A DNA stretch of 64,000 nt, taken from assembly GCA_965112155.1 (NCBI GenBank), contig OZ218105.1. One strand, written 5' to 3'. Shown here piece by piece: positions 36,399 to 48,764 of the stretch. The notes under the pieces were generated by a model, which saw only the letters and a program-made list of their open reading frames with translations, had not been told where the DNA came from and did not search any database. The first letter of the stretch is position 1. Each line of letters opens with the position of its first letter. The DNA comes from Podarcis liolepis. Lineage: Eukaryota. The translations under genes and the position numbers were made by a program.

Positions 36399-38281
36399 GC
36401 CACAGTGGGAGGAATAGGAATGGAGGACCTTCCATATAAAAAGTACCAAAGACCCCATATTTCTTCCTGTCCACCAGCAGGAAAACCAGGAAAGTTGGAC
36501 TTTGGTCAGATGAAATGTCTGTTCAGGGATGCTTTTTTATAGACTTGAAGAAAGCAAGTTTGTACTGAATCTTAGGCTTAATGTGATACTCTTCCAAATC
36601 CCACTTTAACAGAATTTCCCACCAAAGGCCTAGTTTCTAAAGAACAAAATTAAATGGCCAGAAAATGGCATGGGCGTTAATGCCAATGCTAAATACAGGA
36701 ATGGAGAAGCTTCTTCATAAACATTAATAGCGCAGAAAATGGAGCTGAAAGACAGATTATTTGAAGTGCAGCAATTTCATAAGGCACATCGAAGGATGGA
36801 CAGTTCAAAGATATAAAGTCTGAAAATCAATTGAGGCTGCACCATGTTAATGGTGTAAAAGAGCTTGTGTCTGTGGGCATTCCACACCACACTGGACAGT
36901 ACCAGAATGACCGTTATTTTCACATCTTCTCCCTTTTTAAACATTCTCTCACTCTCTTCTTCTGCTTTAAACAACAAACAAAAAGCCGTCCACCTTCTGA
37001 CCCAAATAAGAACCCCCAAGGTGGCATACACTTAAAAGGATGGAATGTACACCCAGCATAATACAAGAGAGAGCACAGAAAGCACGTGGAAAGAACAGAA
37101 TGGTGCAGCAGGGGGTAAATATTCAGCACAGAGGAAATGTTAATGCTAACAGCTCGGCTATCCAAGTTCCATGACAAGGCAAAAATGTTACTTTCCCCCC
37201 ACAAGGCCACCAGATAAGACTTTTTGCAGCGGATGTGCTTCTATGTACCCCAGCCTGTTGATTCTGAATTGAAGGTCAACAACAATGGAAAAAATTAGCA
37301 AGCAATAGTGATAGCATATGACTAGCCAAACTGAGCATTCAATGGGAGATCTGTGATTGGATCACCCCATACACTTTGCTTTTCCTAGTTTGGATCAGTG
37401 CCACAGAATGGGAGCAAGACCTAAAAATCTTTATTGTGGCCTTATGGCTCTACTCAAACTTGCCTTCCTGGAACAGCTGTATTATGACAGCATGCTTTCC
37501 CCCTCTTTGGTTACTGGCAGCTTGGCTACTGGCCCTGATCCAAATGTCCCCACCCCACCCCACCCCGCTGACCTAGGCCAGTAAATTTATTGGTGAGAAC
37601 CAGTCACACTCCTATCACACTGCGAGCAAACGCTAAGCATCTGATTCCCATCACCACTGCAGCGAGTTCTATGCAGGCCTATCCTTGAAGCCACAGCAGA
37701 ACCATGTGGCTTGTCTCCTGAAAAGGAACGAGGCCCTTCAGTTCTGTCTCAGTTGCCCTAGGCACTGTTTGCTTGCAAGATAAATGCTAGGTCTTTTCTT
37801 TAAAGCGCCACTGTGGGGCACCTATACTATTGAACCCCTTACCAAGGAAGCCCACATGCCACCTTCATGAGTGCCCCATATATATTTGTTCCAAAAGGCC
37901 TTTGTTGGCAGCTGGCACTGCAGTTTTGGTTAGCAGCCTTAATGCCACGCACACTCTCTGCTTTTATAGGCCATTGCTCTTACTTTTGCATTGTTTTTAT
38001 GACTATGCTTATTGCAGGAGCTGTGGCTTATGCTGAGGGGTTTTATTGTCTGCATTATGACAGGTTGCTGCCGCTGCTGTGACTTGGATTATTTATTCTA
38101 TTTTTTTGGTGCTGTTTTCATATTGTAAATTACTAATGTAATGACAACAACAATTCCAACCAGTGCTGCTCACAAACCTTTGAACTGAGCCAAATTCTTC
38201 GTCAGGCTACTTTTTATGTTTCTGAATGAGGCACATAGTGTTGATCTCTGACTGCAATTTATTTCAGTCTTAATTGAGAAA

Positions 38282-38283
<2 letters not shown>

Positions 38284-38319
<36 letters not shown>
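38284..38319 (+). repeat. (GT)n microsatellite
   Basis: Read directly. Confidence 0.95.
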
Positions 38320-38322
<3 letters not shown>

Positions 38323-39652
38323 AGTCTTGAATGGACCTTTGCCTTGTGCAAATGTATCAGGTTGCATAGAAGGCAAAGAAGTAACGGAGGAACACCTACT
38401 GAAAATATAACAGGTTGCTAGCCGTGGAGGAAATTTATATCAGGAAAACACCACAGGCTAAAATATCTTTCCATATTCTATGGGTCATTAGACTAAAATC
38501 AGTCATGTTAAAAGGTCTGTGTGGGTGTGCAGCAAATATCCTTTGGAAACATATGCTTGAGGAATATCCCAAATCTGATGCAACCATGCAAATCTATTCA
38601 TGATTAGCTCTTGACTTCTTACCTAGTCTCTCTGGATTGTGTGAGAGAGAGCCTCCTGGGTGACAAGCAAGCTTCTACCTACGTACAGCTTCTCCCTGAT
38701 ATATGCAGCTGGTAGCAGGGAGGAGCGCACTATTTTCTGCACTGCAAGGGATCTTTGCCTTTGCTTTTTCCTATGGAGACATGAGCCCCACCTCAGCACT
38801 CACAAATGACATTTCTTTCACAATTTAAAGTGGATTTTCATTGTCTTCTTCCTAAAAATAGTGTCAATCATATCTATTTTATTAATATTTTTGTGATTTA
38901 TGAACAGCTTTTTGGCCACACAGAGGCAAATTTTAACAACCTCAAGATTATTTAGAAGGAAATGATAAAACCAAAATTTTGAACGAATTCTAAAGACACT
39001 GTAATATGCAGTAGAAACAGTCTTAGAAAAAATTAAGCACTTTGGATGGGAAAGGTAAGCGTATGTTTAATCTCTCCGACTGAAGTCAAAATAAGGTTGT
39101 CTCTGTAGCCTTATCTGTCAGGTTTTCCTGGATTCTAGACATGCCACCCATTGTCTGTTTGAATCCTTAACTGGCCATGTTTCCCAAATTTCAATTTAAA
39201 ATAAAGAAACAAGTCTCTAGTCCTCATTGAATGGGGTTCTGGCTCTGGCATGGGTGGCTTAGGCTCTGCGAAGGGGGAGAGGCTATCTGGTTATTGCCCT
39301 AAAATGCTCAACAACTTTTTGGGTCTGGATTTTTACCTCTTGAAATATGGCCACCCCATTATACAACCTTTAGAAGATATCTGAAGGCAGCCCTGCATAG
39401 TGAAGTATTTTTTATGTTGTATATGTTTTTATATATATTGGAAGCCGCCAGAGTTGCTAGGGCAACCCAGTCAATTGTTGTTGTTGTTTTGTTGTTGTTT
39501 TGTTGTTGCATCAGATTTGGGATATTCCTTAAGCATATGTTTCCAAAGGATATTTACTGCACACCCACACAGACCTTTTAACATGACTGATTTTAGTCTA
39601 ATGACCCATAGAATATGGAAAGAATATTAAATAGGACGTCCCTATTTTCATC

Positions 39653-39994
39653 CATAGGCGCCGACTCCATGGGGCTTGAGGGGGCCCGAGCCCCCTCAAA
39701 AATTCGTTTGGGGGGGCTCCGCCCCCCAATAATCTCCTGCGCCCCTCCAGCAGAGCGCCATCGCCGCCCCTCCCCCAGCCCAAAATGCACAGGGTCCGGC
39801 TGCATGCCTCCTGCCCTCCCTCCCGAGCAAAAGCTCCACCCAATTTCCTTCGGAGCTGATTAATAGGCTCAGCACACTCTCCCCTATTCGCTCACGAGGA
39901 GGAGGCGCCACTTTATTTGCATATTCATGAGCTTATTTATTATTCATGAGCTTTCCCGGGCCCCCCCAATATTTTTTATAAGTCCGCGTCCCTG
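39653..39994. mobile_element. Young GC-rich hAT-type non-autonomous transposon
   Basis: Perfect 8-bp duplication ttttcatc (39645-39652, 39995-40002); imperfect TIRs cataggcgccgact / agtccgcgtccctg; CpGs retained. Confidence 0.8.
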
Positions 39995-41019
39995 TTTTCA
40001 TCAGAGGTATATTGGAGGGTATGACACTAACTTCTTCCCCCCACCACATGAGACAATAGGGGGAGTGCTGTGGGAGGGGGGCGATTTTGATTACAAAAAG
40101 AATTAGAAGGGAGAATGTTAATCACTCCTTCCTCCTAAGTCTCTTTCCTGCAGTCAACTTTTAGTCCTTTGACCGCATTTCCCTAACAAAACAAAATCTT
40201 CAGACCAAACCACCATGCATACTTTGAGGCTCAGCACATGGTTAAACGTTGCCTTAAAATGATGCAGTATATATCATTAATCTCACCACTGTCCTGCCCC
40301 ATCATTTTCCGCTGATGGTTGGATTGGATTTATAGTCATATACATCCCACACAAAATGCAACTCAGAGCACAGCAAAAGTCAGTCTGGTTAACGGTCCCC
40401 TCACATCAACTACCAGCCAAAAACCTGTTCATATGAAGTAGTATCATCACATCCTTTGCCCTCTTGCCTTTTGTGGGCTAAGACCATACTTCTTAGGCCC
40501 ATGATTGACAAAACCTCTCTCAATAGCTTGTATGTGAAGTGCATTATAGCTACCTTTAAGTGGTTAACAGCCAAATTCTGCATAGATTCTGCACAGGCTG
40601 TATGTAGATAAGTACATTGAAATTTACGAAACAGGGCTGTAAGGTTGCAATCCTGTGCACATTTACTGTTGGGAGTAAAATCCATTGAACTTGTGGGAAA
40701 GAAGGACCAAAACAGAGAACGACAACGGCATGTTCATGATTGTTTTTTGTTTACTAAATAATAAGTATAGGAAAGCCCAATCCAGACTGGGGCTGGGAGA
40801 GAGAGAAGATTCAAGCCTTTGCTCCTGTTGTGGTCCTGATCCAGATCACTGCCCCCAGCAGCTGCTTACAAATTGATCACCATTGTGTCTATTTTCACCC
40901 TTACTTCCAAGTAAACATGTATAGGATTAGGCTATTACCCAACTAATGACTACAATAGTTTCAGAATTACCCTCACCTGGTGGCTTTTTCAATTTTCTAG
41001 TTTATCGTTGACCAAGCTA

Positions 41020-41550
41020 CTGTACTTTTCTGTCTATAAGACGTCCCCTTGTATAAGACACACACCTCTGTTTAAGAAAATGAGGGGAGATGGCCCAAAG
41101 TTGTTCAGCCTCTCCCCCCACGCAGCTGTGGGCAGAAAACACTCCCTAGATCATTTCCCACACGCAACGGCATTGGGTGAATTTGCGCTCCCTCCAGCCA
41201 TCCGGTTTGCAGGAGATCAACCTCCCCCAATGCCGCCATGCATGGGAAATGATCCAGGGAAATGATCCTGTGCGCAGCGGCATCGGGTGAATTTGCGCCC
41301 CCGTCAAAGAGCTGGCTGGCAGCACGCTGCTTCTCCCCACCACGCAGCTGTGGGCAGTAAACACCCCCCAAATCGCTCCCCGCTCGCTGCAGCATCGGGG
41401 GAAGCCGCTCTCCAGCCCACCGAATGGCTGGCGGTACACCACCCTTCTCCCTGCTCCCAATACATGCTACTATCCATGTATTGGACGACCTCAGTTTTCT
41501 GAAGTGATTTTTGAGTCAAAAACCCTCGTCCAATACACGGAAAAATATGG
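41020..41550. mobile_element. pogo/Tigger-like MITE with internal repeats
   Basis: Termini ctgtacttttctgtctataagacg / cgtccaatacacggaaaaatatgg flanked by TA; internal duplicated cacgcagctgtgggcag and gggtgaatttgcgc blocks; termini related to 28153-28411. Confidence 0.7.
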
Positions 41551-44089
41551 TATCTTGTTTTACACCTGTGTGCATAATAATAATTCATAATAAAAATGTT
41601 CATTTCCCTGGAACATTCACAAGTCACTTGGGGTACCTAAGATCAAGAGTTGCCTTGCTGAATCAAAGCAAAATCCATCTAGATCAGCATTCTGCTGTTA
41701 ATATCAGAAAGCAAAGACCTCTGCAAGCTGTCAAGCAAGGAATAGAAATGAAAGGCACCAGCTGTTCCTTTGAGGTATACTGCCTTCATCTATGCAGGTT
41801 CAACCATTTTTCATAAAGCAATCTCATCACATCTTAGGATGCTGAGTTAATTATTAACTTTGTACAGAAGTATTTTCTTATGTCAGCCTTGAACTGTATG
41901 CAGACCACTTCTTTGAAGACCTTGAATTATGAGATGAGAGGTAGGGGGAAATTCGCTCTCTACCCATGCTTTGCCTAGTGATAAGAACATAGCCTCAACT
42001 GAAGCAATAAAATACATAACCTGTATGCCACAATAAACCTTTAAGGTAGTCATTGTGGGTTTTGCTGCAACAAACAAAAAACTGCTGACATTCTGGAGTA
42101 AGCTAGAGAGCAGAACATTTTCTATGTGAATTCTCAGCTACATAGAAGAGATAATAACAAATATATCAGGAATCCACTAGTTTGCTTTTCATGCCTTTGG
42201 TATCATATTCCATTATTCTTTGCAGAGTGGTTTTAATTAAACCAACTTGTGATCTTTCAGATGAAGGGTGGTATACAAATTTTAACAACAACAGGCCATT
42301 CAGTAAATGCTAATTTACCATTGTAGATATAACTTTAGAAATTGGTTGCCCGTAGTTCCTGCCAAAATCTGAGAAGCATTTTAAAACATGTTCAGTCAGA
42401 AAGCATCGTCCTGTGTTAAGCTGCCACCTCTATTTGTCCACTGTTGCAGCAACTGATGACTCACATTTATCTTAGGATCAACTGAGTAACACCCAAACTT
42501 GGCTGCCAAATGTCTCCTTTTGCCTGCCATTTTTAAGTGGCCTGCCTTTATATCAAAAAGTTGGTCCTGATACAAAATTACACATGTGATTTGATGATTC
42601 AAGAGAAGCCCATAAAAAGAACAAAATGTCTTGTGGCACCTCAAAGACTGAAATTTGTTGCCCGAAAACAACAGAGTCTTTTTAAGCCTAGCAAATTTAT
42701 TATGGCGAAAGTTTTTGTGGGCTAGCGTCCATCATGAAAGCTTATTCCGCAATACATATGTTAGCTGCCAAAGAATTCTCTTGTTTTCGTACTATGAAGC
42801 AAATCAATTGATTCAGCTGAGCCAGAACAGAACAGTGTGAAACTTGCTGAGAAATTCTAGTACAGCAACTCCAAGCTGGAACTGCCTGTTTAAGTCTTTT
42901 TGCCAGAGTATTGTTAATTTGGGGTCACCAGCAGGGAATCCTGCTCTTCCATTGAATGTTGCCATTTTTTATATCAGATTTGTGTTCTTTAGTACAAATG
43001 GCCTGTTTATGGGCCAGCCTAATACTTTTTGGCACCTGAGGCAAACCACAAAATGGCACCCCCTCCCTGCCAGGGAAGAAGGGGTGAGTGAATATCTACA
43101 CCAGGAAAAAGGGAGGAATAAAGATCTATTTTGGGATCTGCTGCCCCTGTAGATCCTGCCACCTGAGGCTGTTGCCTCTCCTTGTCTCATGGGTGATCCA
43201 GGCCTATTCAGACAAAGGCATTGTTGGTAATGGTGTTTTATGGGCAGGTGAATGCACTCTGTTGGCATGGCTGATGTTATTAGGTCCTGTCTCCTGCTTG
43301 AAACCTTATTTGATAATGATAATGATAATTTATTATTTATACCCCGCCCATCTGGCTGGATTTCCCGAGCCACTCTGGGTGGCTTCCAACAAAATATTAA
43401 AAATATTTTATCACTGCCTCTCCTTTCTCAGTCAATTTCCCTAGCTTACAGATGACTTAGTCCTAACAGATGACAAATATTATCTTTAGCAGAGTCAATC
43501 CATTCAAATGAGTCTTATGCCTCTTTACAATTCCTATAATCCAATTTTAAGAAGGCAGAATCACATTTCAAGATTATTATTTTTAAACAGATGCAATGTG
43601 CAGAAGGGAGTAGTAGACACTGATCAGTCTGTAAGATCTTCTGGATCACAAGGGGATAGATGGATGCTGGATGCACACATACTAAAAAAAAAATGGAGAT
43701 AGGTGCTGCTTCTTAGTATTTGTCCCACCTGTGTGGAGGAGACGCTCTCTGGGTGTGGAAGATAGTAACATGCAATATCATATCCCATTTATAGCATGCT
43801 TTGATCCAGCATCTTCCCTCCATCACCCTTGATAGCCAATATCCTTGCAAAACCCTATCACTGATCATAACACTTTAAATTCCGTGTTATACAGTTTCAC
43901 CTGTGTTACAGAATGTAAGTACCCTGCGTGCCATATACACCATGTTGGAAAAACGAGGGCAGACCTTTGTTACAATTTCAAAAAATCACAAATGAGTAGT
44001 CACACACACAAGCCTTGAAAAACCTGTTGCCACTTGCTTAAACGAGCACAGCCTTTCAGATTTGGAAATATAGCCAAAAGGAAAACAAA

Positions 44090-44270
44090 CAAAACTCATG
44101 TACTACTCATATTGCATCTGAAGAACTATGCCCAGTCCTGGACATCACATATTTAGAAGAATTTAGATAAATTGGAACAGGCTCAAAGGAGGGCAACGTA
44201 GATATGGTCCATGGTATGAAAGACAAGCCCTACGACTGGGTATGTTTAGCCTGAAGAAGAAAAGATTGTG
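44090..44270 (+). mobile_element. CR1 LINE ORF2 C-terminal remnant
   Basis: ttggaacaggctcaaaggagggcaacg...ggtatgtttagcctgaagaagaaaagattg reads LEQAQRRAT...GMFSLKKKRL, typical of CR1 ORF2. Confidence 0.65.
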
Positions 44271-44279
44271 ACAGTATTC

Positions 44280-44281
<2 letters not shown>

Positions 44282-44322
<41 letters not shown>
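44282..44322 (+). repeat. (CA)n microsatellite
   Basis: Read directly. Confidence 0.95.
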
Positions 44323-44325
<3 letters not shown>

Positions 44326-44910
44326 GCAACAAATAAGACAAGGTATTTAAAATCAACACAAAGTAAAACTGATTTGTAGCTACATATTATTAAGTTGGTT
44401 GCGCTTGTAATAAAGTCTAGGAACACTATGCTAAACCCAGAACTGCAGTATAACATCTGATCAGTAGAGGGCAGACATAACCCAACAAATTTGTACCAAA
44501 GAAGAAATTACATTCTTGCGATAGAATGATTGTCCTGTTACCTTTGAAGAATAAAGGGACAATTCTGACATTGTTAAATGTCTTCTTGGGTCCATTACCC
44601 TCAAATCTAAAGGAAAGTTCAAGCTTACCAGGTTCCACGAAAATATCTCACTTTATGGAAACACCCATACCTTATAGGTGCAGAAGACTACTGTATATTC
44701 TATGCCAAGATACTACCTTTTGCTTAGATTATTCATCAGGGTTCCTCCCCCCTAAAAAAGAAGGATCTTAACTAAGCAGTGTTCGAAATGCAGGTGAATT
44801 CTGGGTGCCACCAAGCTGCTTTTCTTCACTCTGAACAAACAGGTTAGAAAACGGAAATATTACAGCCTTGCAGTCTACAGTATGTCTTAAAATGTATCTG
44901 TGATTCTCAC

Positions 44911-47457
44911 CTGTACACTGTTATCAGGGATGAGATTTTCACCCAGAGATTCATTCCCAATTCCAGAATCGTCCTTCAGAATGGGATCATCTGTGGCCAC
45001 TGAGGGGTTTGGTTTCAGAAAGGCAAACTCATTCCGGTCTGCCTTAGACGCTAAGCACACTTCATATGAATAGGGCAATGTCAATGTCCCATTATTGTAA
45101 TTGCAGGAAAATTTGTGTCCCAAGCTAGAGTACAAGTCAGTATTGTAGGATCCAAGCACTGTTGGGCTTCTCTGTCTCCGACATTTAAGTATTAAAACTG
45201 TTAAGACTGTAAAAAGGAATAAGAATGAGACCAAAGCCAAGGCTATAACTAAAATGGCATTCATATCAGACTGATACTTAGAGTCAATGGCTGGTTTGCT
45301 CATTTCTGGAAGTGCCTCTTGGAAGTTCTCGGCAACCACGAGGTTGAGGACCACAGTAGCTGAGAGCGGAGCCTTCCCATTGTCCTTCACCAAGATGACC
45401 AGCTTCTGTTTCACAGCATCTTTCTCCAGAAGGGCTCGTGACGTCCTGATCTCTCCCGTGTGGGTCCCAATGGTGAAGAGGGCCGGCTCCGTGGCCTGCA
45501 GCACTTGGTAGGAGAGCCAGGCATTGTGCCCAGAGTCCGCGTCCACAGCCACCACTTTGGTCACGAGGTAGCCTGGCTCTGCTGAGTGAGGAACCATCTC
45601 AAACAAGGCAGAGCCCTCAACACCCGGGAGAGGATACAGAACGCGAGGGCTGTTATCGTTCTGATCCAAAATGTACACCCACACGGTGGCGTTGTTGCTG
45701 AGAGAGGGAGAGCCGCCATCTTGGGCCTTCACTTGGATGTGAAACTCCCGGAATTGCTCATAGTCAAAGGAGCGCTGTGCATAGATAGTTCCCGTCTCAG
45801 AGTTGATGGAGACGTAAGAGGAGAGAGGCAGCTCCTCCATGTTGCTGTTGAGGATGGAGTAAGTGATACGTGAGTTGCGGTCCAGATCCGGGTCCGAGGC
45901 TTTGAGGGCAAAAATGGAGGCACCTGAGGGATTGTTTTCAGGCACAAAGACACTGTAAGTTGATTTTTCAAAGGTAGGGGGGTTGTCATTGATATCTGAA
46001 ATCTGCAGGGAGATGGTTTTATTGGAGGAGAGAGGGGGACTACCTTTGTCAGTAGCTGTGATTGTGATGTTGTACCCTGAGGCTTTTTCTCTGTCTAGGG
46101 GACTCTCTGTAAGTAGCTTGTAGTAACTGTTAGATGAAGAAAGAATTTTAAAAGGCAAATTATATTGTATGTGGCAAGTAACCTTCCCATTTTCTCCTTC
46201 ATCTCTATCATCCACATTGATCAAAGCTATCACAGTTCCTGGTAGGGAGTCTTCGGGAACTGGACTAAACATAGATGTTAGCAAAATCTCTGGAGCATTG
46301 TCATTCTCATCCAGAACATCAATCTCAACTTTACAATGTGCCAGTAGTCCACCACCATCTTTGGCTTCCACTAACATCATATAGCTTCTGGATTCTTCGA
46401 AGTCTAAAGTCTCCCTAACTAGAATTGCTCCACTTTCAGGATCCAGGCTGAATTTCTGTTTTGCTTTAGTGGGGATATTGCTAAAACTGTATCTTATCTG
46501 TGCATAAGGACCTTCATCTGCATCTGAGGCTTTCACCTGGATCACTAATGATCCTTTTGGTGCACTCTCTTTTAGGCTGAGTTTATAGACTTCCTCAGTG
46601 AAAACAGGTGGGTTGTCATTGGCATCAGTGACATTAATCCATATCTGGGCTGTTCCAGTTTTTCTTGGTTCTCCACCATCCAGGCCTGTAAGGATCAAGT
46701 GGAGGCTGTGCTCACTTTCCCGATCCAGAGATTTGCTTTGCACTAAAATAGGGTATTTATTTCCATCTGGAGTTTCTTTAACTTCCAAGGTGAAGTACTG
46801 ATTACTGCTCAGCTGGTAATTTTGCAGAGAATTTATCCCAACATCAGGATCTTCAGCACCTTCAAGGGGGAATATGGCTCCAGTCAAGCTAGATTCACTT
46901 ATTTCTAGCTTGATATCATCTTTTAAAAATTGTGGTGCATTATCATTAATATCCTCTATGGTGATGCTTATATGATAAACATTTAGAGGGTTTTCAACCA
47001 CAGTTTCAAAGTTAAGGACACAACTGGGTGATTTCCCACAGATTGCTTCTCGATCTATTTGGTCTCTGACATAGAAGTCTCCATGTTCCTCATTCACAGT
47101 AAAGAACTGAGCATTAGCTGCAGAAACAATACGGAGCTTCCTCTTCACCAGGTCTCTCTTACTCAGACCCAAATCCTTGGCCAGATTTCCCACAAGAGAA
47201 CCCTTCTCCCTTTCCTCAGGAATTGAATACCAGACCTCTTCCGACATTGTCAGGCAGAACAAAGAGAATAACAAGGAAAGCTGTACTTGCCGCCGGAGTG
47301 GCTCCCTGCTCCCTGTGATCTTCAGCCATTTCCTCGGCTGCTTTGTTTGCATCTTTTCTTTTCTGATTCGGGTCTTCAAGTTTCTTTCATGCTGCAAGAA
47401 GTTGTTGTCAGGAGCAGGCATCATTCCGTGATGCAGTCTCAACGGGGAGGGATCCAT
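44911..47457 (-). CDS. gammaB-like protocadherin variable exon (last before gammaC3); start at 47457 or more likely 47352
   Basis: Intact six-EC ORF; [17 protein letters not shown] is gammaB-type; donor GTACAG|gtgaga at 44911, phase 0. Confidence 0.92.
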
Positions 47458-47581
47458 TTTTGGTAGGATGCTATATTGTTGTCCCTCAATTCCAGCTCCT
47501 TCAGATTTGCAGAACTTAACTCAGTAATTGTTACAGCACAGGAAAAGTGAATGGACCCCTGATTTCTATCCTTATCCCGTA

Positions 47582-47624
47582 TTGGCCAACAGCGGCACTC
47601 TGAGTCTCTGCTGGAAAACTGCAG
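47582..47624 (-). promoter_or_regulatory. CSE / CTCF site
   Basis: Sense strand TGCAG...cagagtGCCGCTGTTGGCCAA. Confidence 0.85.
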
Positions 47625-48764
47625 GAGCACCTACTGGCACAACATGCTGATAAGAGTTCAGAGGCTGACAGGGTAGCAACATTTCTCACGAGATGTGCAC
47701 AGGTTTATGCAATTATTAGTTGTGTGTGCATTTCACAATTCTCCCTATGTGCAAGAGTGAACACACATATGGTGCATACAGGAAACACTCTGAATTTATC
47801 ACCTTAACTATAAGTGGGCTTTGTATCAAGAACTTCATAAACAAAGTTTCTGAGGCAGAGATATAGCACTCAGCACTTAATTTGAGAGGGTTTCCTTCAC
47901 AATAGCCCCCCAAAGCAAAGCCTTAAATTCTTCAGAAGGTCTAAAGGCGATGCCCATAGTACCAGCTTTTGTGCCAAACTGCCAACCTCTTTTTATGATT
48001 AGAGGAAGAAACTGAGGCAGAAAAGTGGTGGGAGTCATTATGAAGAGCTGTTGTGTGGGGAACAACTACAAGTGCTGGGCCCTTGCTCCCCACCCGCTAG
48101 AATTTCTGAATCCACAATACTTCATTTCATAGGGCAGGAATGGGCAGACATCAAGTTAATCTATCAGTCAGAACCAGGTGCAAAAGACATAGGGTTGTAG
48201 TCAACTAAGTCCTACCCTGAGGTAGACTCAGTGACATAAGTGAACCTAAGTTTGTCATGTCCATCAACTTCAGTAGGTCTGAGTAGGACTAGCATTGAGT
48301 ACCACCCAGAGAATTAAACAACAGGCTTCTTCTGAGCACATTCTGAGCCAAGGAATGTGTTTTCAGTACCAGAACAGAACTGTTCCACAATCATTCTACA
48401 CAAAAGTTCACTCCTGGTTAGTTTTCCTCATTTCAGCAGCCTAATTTAGGTGAAAAAAAGTTTTTTGTTATTGTTAAGCTGGGAGCCAGAAACCCTTGCC
48501 ATTCTGCTGAAAATCACCCAAAGATCTATCGGTGGATTCTGACCCACCGCCTGCCCATCTCTGTCTAGGATACTGCATGCGATACTTCTGCAATAATTGC
48601 AACAATTTTGTTTTTTAGTCTTATAACCTATTCAGTCTATAGAGACTGATGACAGGCAAGAATATTATATAAACAGACAAGTTGCAAACGATAATTGTAG
48701 TCACTGATGACAAAATCACAGAGTTTGAAATATGTTCCTAAAATCAGTATGGGCCATACAGGAA

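Noticed and set aside
36600-37300. Coding-looking plus-strand stretch
   Set aside because: No recognisable domain, splice structure or repeat family; cannot support a call.
45586-45873. Near-identical 95-aa antisense ORFs here and at 53506-53793
   Set aside because: By-product of the gene-conversion tract on the opposite strand.
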